Made by a program: the position numbers and the translations under genes. The notes beneath the pieces were generated by a model. It made no database searches and was not told the origin of the DNA. It worked only from the letters and a program-made list of their open reading frames with translations. Shown here in pieces: positions 29,101-37,673 of a DNA stretch of 64,000 bases (position 1 is its first letter; each line of letters begins with the position of its first letter). The DNA lies in contig CAYUYR010000004.1 in the NCBI GenBank assembly GCA_964449435.1, positions 20,059 through 84,058 on the forward strand, written 5' to 3'. The stretch comes from an uncultured Planctomycetaceae bacterium (GTDB lineage Bacteria > Planctomycetota > Phycisphaerae > Sedimentisphaerales > UBA12454).

Positions 29101-29631
29101 TCAGAGCCGCGACCGTCAGGGAGCGGTATATCGACATTGAAAGAAAAATTACTCGAAGTCGGCAGAGACTTTTTGAGAACCGAGCTGACCGAGCTTGAAA
29201 AATATGTCCTTTTGCAGCTTTACGATTCAGCGTGGAAAGACCATTTGTATTCGATGGACCATTTGAAGGAAAGCATCTTTATGCGGGCCTACGCCGAAAA
29301 AGACCCGAAAATCGAATACAAGCAGGAAGGCTTCCGGATGTTCAACGAGATGCTCGATTTGATTGAGGAAAAGGTTACCGATACGATATTCAAGGTTCGT
29401 CTCGAAGCGGGCGCAAGAACACGGAGCGTCTGGCAGGCCGGACAGACAAAACACGAAGAAGTAAGTCAGTTCGAAATGGCCGAGCGTCAAAGAGCCGCCG
29501 CACAAGCCCCGCAGGGCGAAGCAGCCAGAGTCAAACAAATCAAGCTCGACCAGCCCAAAGTCGGAAGAAACGACCCCTGCCCCTGCGGAAGCGGAAAAAA
29601 ATACAAAAAATGTTGCGGCAAAAACGCCTGA
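26119..29631 (+). CDS. secA: Preprotein translocase ATPase SecA, enlarged
   Basis: [40 protein letters not shown] motif [18 protein letters not shown]. Confidence 0.97.
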   Translation: MTSTINKLLVKLFGSRNERLVKTYMRTALAAGAFEEQIKSLDNDALKAKTAEFKARLAQGENPNQILPEAFAVVREAARRNVNMRHFDVQLVGGNVLYDGRIAEMMTGEGKTLVATLAAYLVHITGKKVHIVTVNDYLAKRDSEWMGPIYKALGLTVGAIQADMETSGANRKAQYACDITYGTNNEFGFDYLRDNMKVSAAQLAQGPLEYAIVDEVDSILIDEARTPLIISGPAFDETSRYKKADAVAKQIINMQSNYARTKQQLDSAQRTLANAQGELSDARRAKDNVRIEKAQSVIVQTASEIQTLETSLVSAKQFYEVEYDRKAVHLNHDGLGAAQELAGVGSFFTGSNMEWPHLLEQSLRAHIVFEKEKDYVVMDGKVVIVDEFTGRLMHGRQWSDGLHQAVEAKENVTVKEETQTLATITLQNFFRLYEKIAGMTGTALTEADEFMQIYKLEVVSIPTNEPCIRDDKDDMIYKSIKEKFNAITEEIHDTSAAGKPVLVGTISVEKSEAISNALTKKYGIEHEVLNAKQHAREALIVEKAGHQYTDRAGNTCGNVTIATNMAGRGTDIKLGPGVADIGGLHIVGTERHESRRIDNQLRGRAGRQGDAGSSQFFLSFDDDLMQLFGGERIPKLLSLVGWKENEPILHPTISKQIEKVQKKVEQRNFEARKSLLEFDEVMDYQRKTFYSRRRQVIEGIGLKETITAMLDSTIDKTCSDMLDKDYRFRCVAEWAKTTFGVDISPARIADYNAERIEELIKKNTKNEAANNISVALGEYLEDFEDKNTWNIESLVKWAMTAFSVNLSGSKIRQMTAEEIQQNLIEAAAEQIDKKDCSMLTTFLDGDFGIKTLVSWADNKFGIKLNINQLKDLKSQQIYEKLCQEVQALYGRREIEYPVEFALSMTYRADGVNVYSFEKLAGWVNDRFDSQISVSHLQNTPPATIHKELLKISEDYHSIGLEKEIDEKLASSSAEQVAEWANKRFKTNLQCDDFASEPRPSGSGISTLKEKLLEVGRDFLRTELTELEKYVLLQLYDSAWKDHLYSMDHLKESIFMRAYAEKDPKIEYKQEGFRMFNEMLDLIEEKVTDTIFKVRLEAGARTRSVWQAGQTKHEEVSQFEMAERQRAAAQAPQGEAARVKQIKLDQPKVGRNDPCPCGSGKKYKKCCGKNA
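29103..29127 (+). repeat. REP-like hairpin AGAGCCGCGACCGTCAGGGAGCGGT inside secA
   Basis: 24/25 identical to 5917-5941. Confidence 0.75.
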
Positions 29632-29847
29632 CTATGATTTCTTAATCCACTTGTGACGAAAAATATCGCGGATTTTATCCGTGAAACTAACCCCCATCTT
29701 TTGAGTAGATGCCGAAAACTCCATCTTCTTCAAATCATCATTCTTCACTTTAGATTTGAATAATGAACAAATCGATACTATCAGTCCAAATAAAAACAGT
29801 CCCCTTCCACAATTTTGATTTTTGATTTTTGATTTTTGATTTTCCAT
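29632..29847 (-). CDS. Small hypothetical protein (one hydrophobic segment, basic tail)
   Basis: TAATG coupling to the upstream gene; starts within (TCAAAAA)x4. Confidence 0.5.
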   Translation of the reverse strand: MENQKSKIKNQNCGRGLFLFGLIVSICSLFKSKVKNDDLKKMEFSASTQKMGVSFTDKIRDIFRHKWIKKS

Positions 29848-30428
29848 TATCTTACGACCGCCATTTTTGTCGCCGCTAAAAGTTTTGCCCCTGCGAGGCT
29901 CTCATTTTGCTGCCGGTCGAATAACTGGTGTCTTTCTAAAATTTCCGGCTTATCGGCATAATATTTTTTAACCGCTTTGATTCCTCCTTCAGCGGCGCCT
30001 TGTGTCTTATAATCAAGAGCCAAAAGCCATCTGCTTATTTGCTCGTCCTTTTCTGCCGGATAGATAATAGCGAGAACAAATTTTTCATCGCTGTATTTTG
30101 CCAGATGAACTTTCGCCTTTGCCGGTGCAGCAGTTTTCACAGCAGAGCCCGTCAGTTTTTTATAATCGCTTCGTGCAGCAGTTTCATCTGATTCATAAAA
30201 GAACATTCCCGCTTCGAGCTGAAATATCTCGCTCGGCACACCTTTCAGCTCCATTCTGCCGTCGGGATATGCTTTGTATATTCTGTAAACTTTTACATCT
30301 TTGAATTTTTCGCTTTCGAGCAGCTCTGCGACCTCGTCAGCGGTAAATCCGACGCCGCTATGGCCGCCGAAATCGACAATATAAAGGTCGATATATTTAT
30401 CCGGATTTTTTATCTCTGGCAATCTCAT
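29847..30428 (-). CDS. Hypothetical protein
   Basis: 193-aa ORF in an operon-like arrangement. Confidence 0.75.
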   Translation of the reverse strand: MRLPEIKNPDKYIDLYIVDFGGHSGVGFTADEVAELLESEKFKDVKVYRIYKAYPDGRMELKGVPSEIFQLEAGMFFYESDETAARSDYKKLTGSAVKTAAPAKAKVHLAKYSDEKFVLAIIYPAEKDEQISRWLLALDYKTQGAAEGGIKAVKKYYADKPEILERHQLFDRQQNESLAGAKLLAATKMAVVR

Positions 30429-30767
30429 TCAATTAACCTTTATAATAGATTTTATCTGCCTTTTAAGTTTAGGCAGTTCCTTTTTTACAATGTCCCAGAC
30501 TACGTCAAGTAGAATGCCGAAATAATGATGAACGATTATATTCCGCATACCTATAATCTCATCCCACGGAATTTGAGGATTATCGGTACGGAATGTTTTA
30601 GGTATGCCTCTGGCCGCTTCTCCTATAATCTCGATATTTCTGACTATCGCATCCTGGGTTTTTCGGTCAGTCAAAAAATTATTATAGCGCATACCTTTCG
30701 CGTAGCTAAAAATCCTTTCGATAGCGTCAAGTATATCGAGCAGCCGCAGTTCAGTATGTCGAGACAT
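30429..30767 (-). CDS. HepT-like (DUF86) RNase toxin
   Basis: DAIVRNIEIIGEAA; MRNIIVHHYF (RX4-6H). Confidence 0.9.
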   Translation of the reverse strand: MSRHTELRLLDILDAIERIFSYAKGMRYNNFLTDRKTQDAIVRNIEIIGEAARGIPKTFRTDNPQIPWDEIIGMRNIIVHHYFGILLDVVWDIVKKELPKLKRQIKSIIKVN

Positions 30768-31089
30768 TTATATAATCCTTCATAACCTGCTCTTTGAGTC
30801 TTCCCCGAACAGACGGCATAGTCAAAAGGTCCACATCTCTGCCGAGTATATCTTCGAGCAGTGTTTTCAAACCTAAATATCTCCTGTAAGTCGTTTTGTC
30901 AAATTTGACTACCACGTCCACATCGCTGTTTTTTCTCATATTCCCCCTTGCGGCAGAACCGAAAAGCCCGAGCTGTTTGACACCGAGTTTTTTTATCTGC
31001 CTGCGGTGTAATTGCAGTTTCCGTATAATCGGTTCAGCTTTCATATCTTTTTGAGTTTTACTAACCATATCTTTTCTTATATTGCTCAT
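30751..31089 (-). CDS. MntA-like minimal nucleotidyltransferase antitoxin
   Basis: LFGSAARG...SDVDVVV; GRDVDL. Confidence 0.9.
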   Translation of the reverse strand: MSNIRKDMVSKTQKDMKAEPIIRKLQLHRRQIKKLGVKQLGLFGSAARGNMRKNSDVDVVVKFDKTTYRRYLGLKTLLEDILGRDVDLLTMPSVRGRLKEQVMKDYINVSTY

Positions 31090-31101
31090 AATTTCGCTTC
31101 C

Positions 31102-32307
31102 TTAAATCACTGAAAGCTTCGCGAATTTAAGTTTTCCCGCGCGGACAATCATTCCGTTTTTCGGCGTTATAGATTTATTCGGGTCGGTAATTTTTTCGCC
31201 GTCAATCGTCATTCCGCCCCCTGCTATAAGTCTTTTCGCTTCGCCGCCGCTTGCGACAAGATTGCATACAGCCAGCAGTTTCGCCGCCGTTACAGCCTCG
31301 CTTGATATTTTGACTGCCGGTATATCCTGCGGTATCTGTTTTTGAGCGAATACCTTCTCGAATTCCGCAGCGGCATTTTCGGCGGCGGCTTCATCGTAAA
31401 ACTGCTTTATAATCGTCTTGCCCAAAAGCACCTTCGCCTCTTTCGGGTGCGTCTTTTGCGGCTCGACAAGCTCTTTTATTTTTTCCGCCGGCACATCCGT
31501 CAGCAGCGTATAATAATTTTCCATCATCTCATCGCTTATGCTCATCACTTTGCCGAACATATCTTTAGGCGAATCCGTAACACCGATGTAATTGCCTTTC
31601 GATTTGCTCATCTTTTCCACGCCGTCAAGACCCACGAGTATCGGCATAGTAATCACAATCTGCGGCTTTTGCCCGTTAATTCTCTGCAAATCCCTTCCGA
31701 CAAGATTATTAAACGTCTGGTCTGTCCCGCCGAGCTCGACATCGGCCTTTACCATAACTGAATCGTATCCCTGCATCAGCGGATACAGAAATTCGTGCAT
31801 ACTGATTGCGTCCCCCGCCTTGTATCGGATTTCAAAAGTATCCCGTTCGAGCATTCTCGCTACAGTTGTTGAGCTGGTGAGTTTTATAATATCGGCAAGT
31901 CTCAAATCCGCCAGCCATTCGCTGTTAGGCCGAACTTCGAATTTATCTTTCGACATATCGAGGACTTTGCCTGCCTGTTCGATATATGTCTTCGCGTTTT
32001 TATCGATTTGTTCTCCGGACAGCATCGGCCTTGTTGTGTTTTGTCCCGTCGGGTCGCCGATTCGCGCGGTATAATCGCCGATAATTAAAACAGCTTTATG
32101 CCCCATATCCTGAAATTGTCTCATCTTCCGCATAACGACTGTATGGCCGAGATGAATATCCGGCGCCGTCGGGTCCATACCGAGTTTGATTCGGAGCTGT
32201 CGTTTCTCTTTTGCCGCCTCCGTCAGCCGTTCGGCAAGCTCATTTTCATTGAAAATCTCGACCGTGCCCCGTTTAAGCTGTTCAATTTGCGCTTTTATAT
32301 CCGTCAT
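31102..32307 (-). CDS. tyrS: Tyrosine--tRNA ligase
   Basis: HLGH, GGTDQ, KMSKS, C-terminal S4 domain. Confidence 0.97.
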   Translation of the reverse strand: MTDIKAQIEQLKRGTVEIFNENELAERLTEAAKEKRQLRIKLGMDPTAPDIHLGHTVVMRKMRQFQDMGHKAVLIIGDYTARIGDPTGQNTTRPMLSGEQIDKNAKTYIEQAGKVLDMSKDKFEVRPNSEWLADLRLADIIKLTSSTTVARMLERDTFEIRYKAGDAISMHEFLYPLMQGYDSVMVKADVELGGTDQTFNNLVGRDLQRINGQKPQIVITMPILVGLDGVEKMSKSKGNYIGVTDSPKDMFGKVMSISDEMMENYYTLLTDVPAEKIKELVEPQKTHPKEAKVLLGKTIIKQFYDEAAAENAAAEFEKVFAQKQIPQDIPAVKISSEAVTAAKLLAVCNLVASGGEAKRLIAGGGMTIDGEKITDPNKSITPKNGMIVRAGKLKFAKLSVI

Positions 32308-32391
32308 AAATGCCCTTTATGGTTAAACATCAAGATGTGATATTATACCAAAAGCCGCTCTGAATCAACACTGATTTGAATGCGTTTCAGC

Positions 32392-32661
32392 TTACATTTC
32401 GATGCAGGAGCCTTGCTCGTCCTGAACCAGTTTGTAAAACCCGCACGTTATGCATTTGAGTATCTTCTCGGTTTTATTGTTTTTCGTGGAAATATCGCAA
32501 AGTGTGTCCTTGATTTTCCAGCAGTACCGTCCTGCGTTTAGTCCCCCGTTTTTGCCGTTATGTTCTTTACTTATCGCCGCCGGACAAACGCCCAATTTTT
32601 CAGCCTCTGTCCCGCCCGGCTGTCTTCCGCACTTGCGAAACTCCCAGCAGTTAATATTCAT
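32392..32661 (-). CDS. Two-CW domain protein
   Basis: NCWEFRKC...CPA...GRYCW...C..C..C.FY. Confidence 0.75.
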   Translation of the reverse strand: MNINCWEFRKCGRQPGGTEAEKLGVCPAAISKEHNGKNGGLNAGRYCWKIKDTLCDISTKNNKTEKILKCITCGFYKLVQDEQGSCIEM

Positions 32662-32791
32662 TCGTCACCAGATACCTTAGTTGAAATTCGTAAGCTAAAT
32701 CAATAGTGCCTATTAAACGTTTTCGGCTGAAAAACTGTTAAAGCGTTAATTTTTATATCGCGTTCTCAGGCCGGCCTGTCCGCAACGGCGC

Positions 32792-32842
32792 AAAAAAAAT
32801 CCCGCATTCTTGTCCGCCTCATACGGACAAACGCAATGCGGG
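32792..32842 (-). terminator. Terminator-like hairpin in the leader upstream of the two-CW gene
   Basis: CCCGCATT/AATGCGGG stem with inner TTGTCCG/CGGACAA, followed on the minus strand by U8. Confidence 0.55.
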
Positions 32843-33140
32843 AAAAGGCAAAAGGGAACTTAAAAAGCTCGCATTGTCTAATTTCTCGGATGAACCCCTT
32901 GTCAATATTTATTATACCATAAAAAACAAACTTTTTCCAGCCGTTTCGCGCAAACAATACCTTTTCGCAAGACAAACAAACGCCGTATATAACAGACAAA
33001 CACTTTATAGGACTTGTTCGAAAAAATTTCGATTCGTCATTTTTTGAAACGACTAATAATATTATTGGGTTTTTGATAATATCACCGCCGTTTTGTGCCG
33101 ATATTAAGAACGACTTGGATTAGCCGAAAAGAGATTTGTT

Positions 33141-33572
33141 ATGCAAAAAGCTATATCTGTTCTTGTAATTGACGACGATGCGACGATAAGGACGCTGCTC
33201 GAAACCTCTATGAGCAAAAAAGGGTTCAAGGTCTTTTGTGCTTCTAACGGCCGCGACGGCCTCGACATCGCCCGCTCAGAGGAAATCGATGTCGTCCTGC
33301 TCGACTGGATGATGCCCGAAATGGATGGTATAGAAGTCCTCACAGAGCTCAAACGCGACAGCAATACTATGTACATACCCGTATTTATGCTTACATCCAA
33401 GGAAGACGCCCAGGACATCGACCTGGCTACTAACAAAGGCGCCATCGACTATATCGTAAAGCCTTTTAACGCTTTTCTCATTCCCGAAATGGTGCAAAAA
33501 CACCTTGAAACTCTCCATCACGGCTCCGCCGGCCATAAAGGCGGCTTCTTCGGCAAACTCTTTTCGCACTAA
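33141..33572 (+). CDS. Single-domain response regulator (CheY-like)
   Basis: VIDDD, LLDWMMPEMDG, MLTS, YIVKPF. Confidence 0.92.
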   Translation: MQKAISVLVIDDDATIRTLLETSMSKKGFKVFCASNGRDGLDIARSEEIDVVLLDWMMPEMDGIEVLTELKRDSNTMYIPVFMLTSKEDAQDIDLATNKGAIDYIVKPFNAFLIPEMVQKHLETLHHGSAGHKGGFFGKLFSH

Positions 33573-33707
33573 TCGCCTGTTTTTCAACTAACCGCAATTT
33601 ACTGATTCAGCCCTCCTACGCAAAATTATCGGCCTTTGCCGCATTTCTTTGAAATACCGAACATTTTTGCGGTCGCAAAAAAATCTTCAATTAACCGAAT
33701 TTTTCTC

Positions 33708-33762
33708 TTGCATTCATACCGCTGTTGTGATATAATTAGTTAAGAATTGGGGTGGAGAAAAC
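33708..33762 (+). promoter_or_regulatory. sigma70 promoter plus leader motif upstream of a PEP-CTERM gene
   Basis: TTGCAT-17-TATAAT then TGGGGTGGAGAAAAC; parallels 50256-50314. Confidence 0.55.
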
Positions 33763-33899
33763 ATACGTACAGAATTATCTAACAGCTTGATTTGAGTTTT
33801 CGTTTTTCTTGTTTTCCCTTGGGATGGAGCTTTTTGGCTGTTGGTTTGCGCGCTTTTTAAAGCGAAAATATAAACCTCGTACAAGAAAGTGAGGTAGGT

Positions 33900-34595
33900 A
33901 TGACAAAAAGTTTTTTATTCACCTTTGCTGTTGCTCTCTTTTTAACGGCCGGTTTGGCCTCTGCCGCAACTATTACACAAAATCAGTTTTATAGCGGCAT
34001 ACCCAATCTTACCGGTTCTTTGACTTTCGACCAGTTTGACGAATCTCTCGGCGACCTTACATCTATCCAGATTATACTATCCCTGCAGTCGAGCGGCGGA
34101 CAGTTAATACTTGACAATGATAGTGAAGAACCGGCTTCCGGAACATTTGAATTCGGTGCCACCGGAAGTATAACTTCTGGTGATGTAGGTCTGGTAAATT
34201 CTTCCTTTATCGCTATTCCGGGCACAGTAGGTGCTTATCACAGCGAGGCGTTCAGCCTTTCAGGCAACCTCGACGACGGCCCGGGCGACTATGACCCAAC
34301 TTCTCCTGATGGCTTGCAATATGATGGCGGAACAGAAACAGATAGCAAATCAGACCTCGTCGGCAGTGCCGCTTGGGATGGTTATACGGGAACCGGAACT
34401 TACGATATTGACTACGCTGTATCACAGCACCAGAATTACGGCAGCATTGGCGGTATCGAATACGCCGTTTCGCCGGTAACGGCCAGCGGATATGTTGAAG
34501 TGGTTTACACCTACGACCCTATCCCAGAACCGGCTACGATTACCCTCCTGACGCTCGGCGCTTTGACTTTATTAAAGAGAAAAAACAGCAAATAA
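33900..34595 (+). CDS. PEP-CTERM sorting domain protein (choice-of-anchor E-like)
   Basis: Signal peptide; IPEPATITLLTLGALTLLKRK. Confidence 0.88.
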   Translation: MTKSFLFTFAVALFLTAGLASAATITQNQFYSGIPNLTGSLTFDQFDESLGDLTSIQIILSLQSSGGQLILDNDSEEPASGTFEFGATGSITSGDVGLVNSSFIAIPGTVGAYHSEAFSLSGNLDDGPGDYDPTSPDGLQYDGGTETDSKSDLVGSAAWDGYTGTGTYDIDYAVSQHQNYGSIGGIEYAVSPVTASGYVEVVYTYDPIPEPATITLLTLGALTLLKRKNSK

Positions 34596-34630
34596 TTATT
34601 GCGGAGAAGCATTCTATATAAACACCTATC

Positions 34631-34661
34631 GAGCCCTGGATTTATCGGGGCTCTTTTTTTT
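34631..34661 (+). terminator. Intrinsic terminator
   Basis: GAGCCC...GGGCTC followed by a T-run. Confidence 0.7.
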
Positions 34662-34865
34662 GCGCCTGCTTTTAACATACCCTAAAAAATCCTCCATTTT
34701 TTGGCATCTCGCGTTTTATTTGTTATGGTTTCTGCGAAAGGTCCGATTGCAGCCGAACTGCACTATAAGTGCGGCAAGGAGGGCTTGTAGTCTAACAGTT
34801 TATAGGGCGTCGCTGTAAGCGGCGGCCGAACAGGGGAGAACTATATACTTTTTTGGGGGATTTGT

Positions 34866-35543
34866 ATGACAAAGGCGAAGATTTTCACCTTAGCGCTCAT
34901 TATCCTGGCATTTTCATCGGTAAAGGCAAATATTTTATGGAGCAATCCGAGCGGAACCGCAGGCTTTTTCGACTGGCAAAACGGCCAGAGCCTTAACGGC
35001 CTGTTCGGCGACCCAACGCTTATCGGCGGAAATACCCTTGCGTTCTTTCCCTCTAATTTCAGGGCTGAAAGCCTTGACGGCCTGACAGATTCGGTCTACG
35101 ACAGGCTTGAATTCGAGCTGAACGCCCATTCAGGCTTTAGCTTTCAGAATATCGCTATTTCCGAATTCGGCGATTACGGCATCTTCGACAGCGGCTGCGT
35201 ACAGGTCTCCGGAAGCCTGACCGTTACCAATCTCGACACTTCCGAATCTCTGACCGCTTCACTCAGCAGCGACCTTCTAATGCCCCAGACGGGCAATATT
35301 CTGACCTGGCAGGCATGGTCGGGCGTCAACATCAGCGAACAGAACTGGACGCACATTAAAATCACACTCGAAAACTGCTTATACGCCCTCAGTGATGAAG
35401 AATCCGTCGCGTTTATAGAAAAGAAAGTCCTCGGCAATGCCGTCACGCTTCAGATTATACCTGAGCCGACAACTGTCGCGATGCTGAGCCTTGGCTTTGT
35501 TCTCATTTTCGGCAATAAACACGGCAGAAAGCACGTTGCTTAA
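34866..35543 (+). CDS. PEP-CTERM sorting domain protein
   Basis: Signal peptide; IPEPTTVAMLSLG...; paralog of 50636-51415. Confidence 0.88.
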   Translation: MTKAKIFTLALIILAFSSVKANILWSNPSGTAGFFDWQNGQSLNGLFGDPTLIGGNTLAFFPSNFRAESLDGLTDSVYDRLEFELNAHSGFSFQNIAISEFGDYGIFDSGCVQVSGSLTVTNLDTSESLTASLSSDLLMPQTGNILTWQAWSGVNISEQNWTHIKITLENCLYALSDEESVAFIEKKVLGNAVTLQIIPEPTTVAMLSLGFVLIFGNKHGRKHVA

Positions 35544-35572
35544 AACATCTTAAAAACTGTTTTTCCGATTAG

Positions 35573-35603
35573 AAGCCTTTAAGTATTTACTTAAAGGCTT
35601 TTT
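35573..35603 (+). terminator. Intrinsic terminator
   Basis: AAGCCTTTAAGTA-TT-TACTTAAAGGCTT then T's. Confidence 0.65.
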
Positions 35604-35707
35604 CTGTTTTCAAAAATCCTGCTTGCTAATGAAAAGCCTTATGGTATACTTACCGTCTCGTATTTATGTTTTAAACGTTTATTTTATGTCTATTTGGAGA
35701 CAATCCT

Positions 35708-35872
35708 GTGAGAGATTTCAATCAAGGCGGCCCAAGAAGAAACTTCGGACCACGTGAAATGCACAAGGCCACCTGCGCAGAGTGCGGACAAGAATGCGAA
35801 GTTCCGTTTAAGCCGAAAGAAGACAGACCGGTTTTCTGCAAAGCCTGCTACACAAAGAAGAGAAACGCTTAA
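35708..35872 (+). CDS. CxxC-x17-CxxC domain small protein (absent from the ORF track)
   Basis: GTG start after GGAGA; 54 aa; ...EMHKATCAECGQECEVPFKPKEDRPVFCKACY. Confidence 0.88.
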   Translation: MRDFNQGGPRRNFGPREMHKATCAECGQECEVPFKPKEDRPVFCKACYTKKRNA

Positions 35873-35882
35873 TCGCCCGCCA

Positions 35883-35949
35883 GCCCCGTTAGAGACGAGT
35901 TGTCTGCCGTGCGCAACGGCCATTCCTGACGGCCTGTCTCTAACGGGGC
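35883..35949. repeat. Palindromic element with perfect 14-bp terminal inverted repeats
   Basis: GCCCCGTTAGAGAC ... GTCTCTAACGGGGC. Confidence 0.7.
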
Positions 35950-36077
35950 CAGTAACGGATTGACAGCGTATCCTCACAAACGGCATCTCAGACATCCAGA
36001 TTCCGACTGTTAGATACCCTAAAATCGCTTGAAATCCGATGGTTTTGCGGTTTTTTACGAAACAGCGACAGATTAAC

Positions 36078-36263
36078 TTATTTTCTCCACGCCGCCTTGC
36101 GAACCATTAAAGGAGGTACTTGGGCGGTCTTGCCGCTGTTTGGGCTGGATTCTCCTATAATTCCTCTGCTGCTCGGATACCAGTGAAACTCCGGTCTGGA
36201 TACCACCGAGCCTAATAATCGGCTCAAAAAACCCCGGGGGGGTGTCGTATTTTCCGTAAGCAT
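36078..36263 (-). CDS. Small hypothetical protein
   Basis: 61-aa ORF with a purine-rich upstream sequence, in the operon divergent from the repressor; no motif recognised. Confidence 0.3.
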   Translation of the reverse strand: MLTENTTPPRGFLSRLLGSVVSRPEFHWYPSSRGIIGESSPNSGKTAQVPPLMVRKAAWRK

Positions 36264-36339
36264 AATAGCACTCTTTTCTCTGCCTTTTTATATCGGCCGA
36301 ATTTTAGACCCGCTTAACAGACAAGAACCTAAAAAGAGC

Positions 36340-36510
36340 TTATTTGTCGCCTTTTTCGAACTCTTGCTGGAGATTGCGAAGAATTATCTCCTGCATAGAA
36401 ACTAAAGTAATTAGATATTTTATGTGCTCCATTACTTTCGCTTTTTTCTCTTTTTGTGTGCTGGTTCTGTTATGTGCGGTTCGGCGTCTTTTAAAACTCT
36501 TTTCTCTCAT
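36340..36510 (-). CDS. Small basic protein divergent from the repressor (absent from the ORF track)
   Basis: GGAG RBS; 56 aa MREKSFKRRRTAHNR...LQQEFEKGDK. Confidence 0.5.
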   Translation of the reverse strand: MREKSFKRRRTAHNRTSTQKEKKAKVMEHIKYLITLVSMQEIILRNLQQEFEKGDK

Positions 36511-36524
36511 TTGCAATCACTCCA

Positions 36525-36630
36525 TTGACTAATCCAAATATTCTGCTATTGTTTCAAAAGTTATGAAATTTTAGGATATAATATTCGCATTTGCGAAATA
36601 GTCAAGCCTAAAAATTCATAATTGTGAAAT
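36525..36630. promoter_or_regulatory. Divergent promoters with palindromic operators
   Basis: TTGACT on both strands (36525 +, 36605 -); ATTCGCATTTGCGAAAT 36583-36599 and ATTCATAATTGTGAAAT 36614-36630. Confidence 0.6.
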
Positions 36631-36633
36631 TTT

Positions 36634-37605
36634 ATGATAGACCACAGTGAAAAAAAGGTGATAGAGCGGATAATTGCCCTTCGTGAGGATTTTTCAGGTA
36701 AACGCGGCAGGAAGAAATTCGCTGCTTTGCTTGGTATAAGTCCTTCTACATACAGCTATTACGAAAAAGACAGGGTTCCGCCAATTCCGATACTGCTCAA
36801 GATATGCGAAATATGCAATGTCGGTATCGGTTGGCTTTTGACCGGCAAAAATGACGAAAAAGGCGGGAAAAACGACCAGATTTCCCTAAAAATCCGGAAA
36901 CTTATCGAAAAACAATCTGCTTCTTTACAGGCAATATTGGCGTTTTTAGACCTTCTCGAACAGGAAACCTCTCTTGCTCTTGCGGCAAGCCAGGGCAAGC
37001 CTAAAACCTCGCAGCAGGATTCGGCGGGCTGGATACCAGTTCTGGGCAGGACGGCTGCCGGGGTTGCGGGCCTTTGGGAAGAGGTTATCGGCACCGATTC
37101 CAACGTTCTCGAAACGCATCTCGAAGAGCTGGTTCAAAAGCATATTAACGCTTCGATTGTTAATTCTATGGCGACCGTTCTTCTAATCGATTCGCACGCC
37201 AGACCTATTATACAGGCTTTAAGCGATATTCAGGCAAATCTCGTTCAAACCGCCGGCGGAGACGACCAAATTGTTCAATTTGTGGACTGCCCGCAAATAC
37301 GGGAATTATTGCCGGACTGTTTTGCGCTGCAAATTGACGGCGACAGTATGGCTCCGAGGATTAACGACGGCGATATAGTTATAGTAAGCCCTTCGATACC
37401 GGCCGGTTCTACCCTGCCTGCCATTGTCAGAATATCGGGGGCGATAGGCGTAACCTGCAAACTCGTGAGAATAGAAGGCCAGACGGTACATCTTGTTCCG
37501 ATAAATGAAAAATACGATACGAAAATTGTGGAAAGAAAAGACCTTTTATGGGCACTTGCCGTATTATGCCATATAAGGCTGAAAAACGTAGATTCTTTCT
37601 GCTGA
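36634..37605 (+). CDS. XRE-HTH + S24 peptidase repressor (cI/LexA-like)
   Basis: FAALLGISPSTYSYYEKD HTH; IPVLGRTAAG; FALQIDGDSMAP (Ser) and VTCK (Lys). Confidence 0.9.
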   Translation: MIDHSEKKVIERIIALREDFSGKRGRKKFAALLGISPSTYSYYEKDRVPPIPILLKICEICNVGIGWLLTGKNDEKGGKNDQISLKIRKLIEKQSASLQAILAFLDLLEQETSLALAASQGKPKTSQQDSAGWIPVLGRTAAGVAGLWEEVIGTDSNVLETHLEELVQKHINASIVNSMATVLLIDSHARPIIQALSDIQANLVQTAGGDDQIVQFVDCPQIRELLPDCFALQIDGDSMAPRINDGDIVIVSPSIPAGSTLPAIVRISGAIGVTCKLVRIEGQTVHLVPINEKYDTKIVERKDLLWALAVLCHIRLKNVDSFC

Positions 37606-37673
37606 CCTGCCGATATTATAAGTATATCAAGTAAATAAACCGATCGAACATATTTATTTTTTGGAGCACTTAT

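Noticed and set aside
35945-35964. GGGGCCAGTAACGGATTGAC resembling a tmRNA 5' end
   Set aside because: The GGGGC is the arm of the 14-bp inverted repeat; no tag ORF, T-arm or CCA end found downstream.
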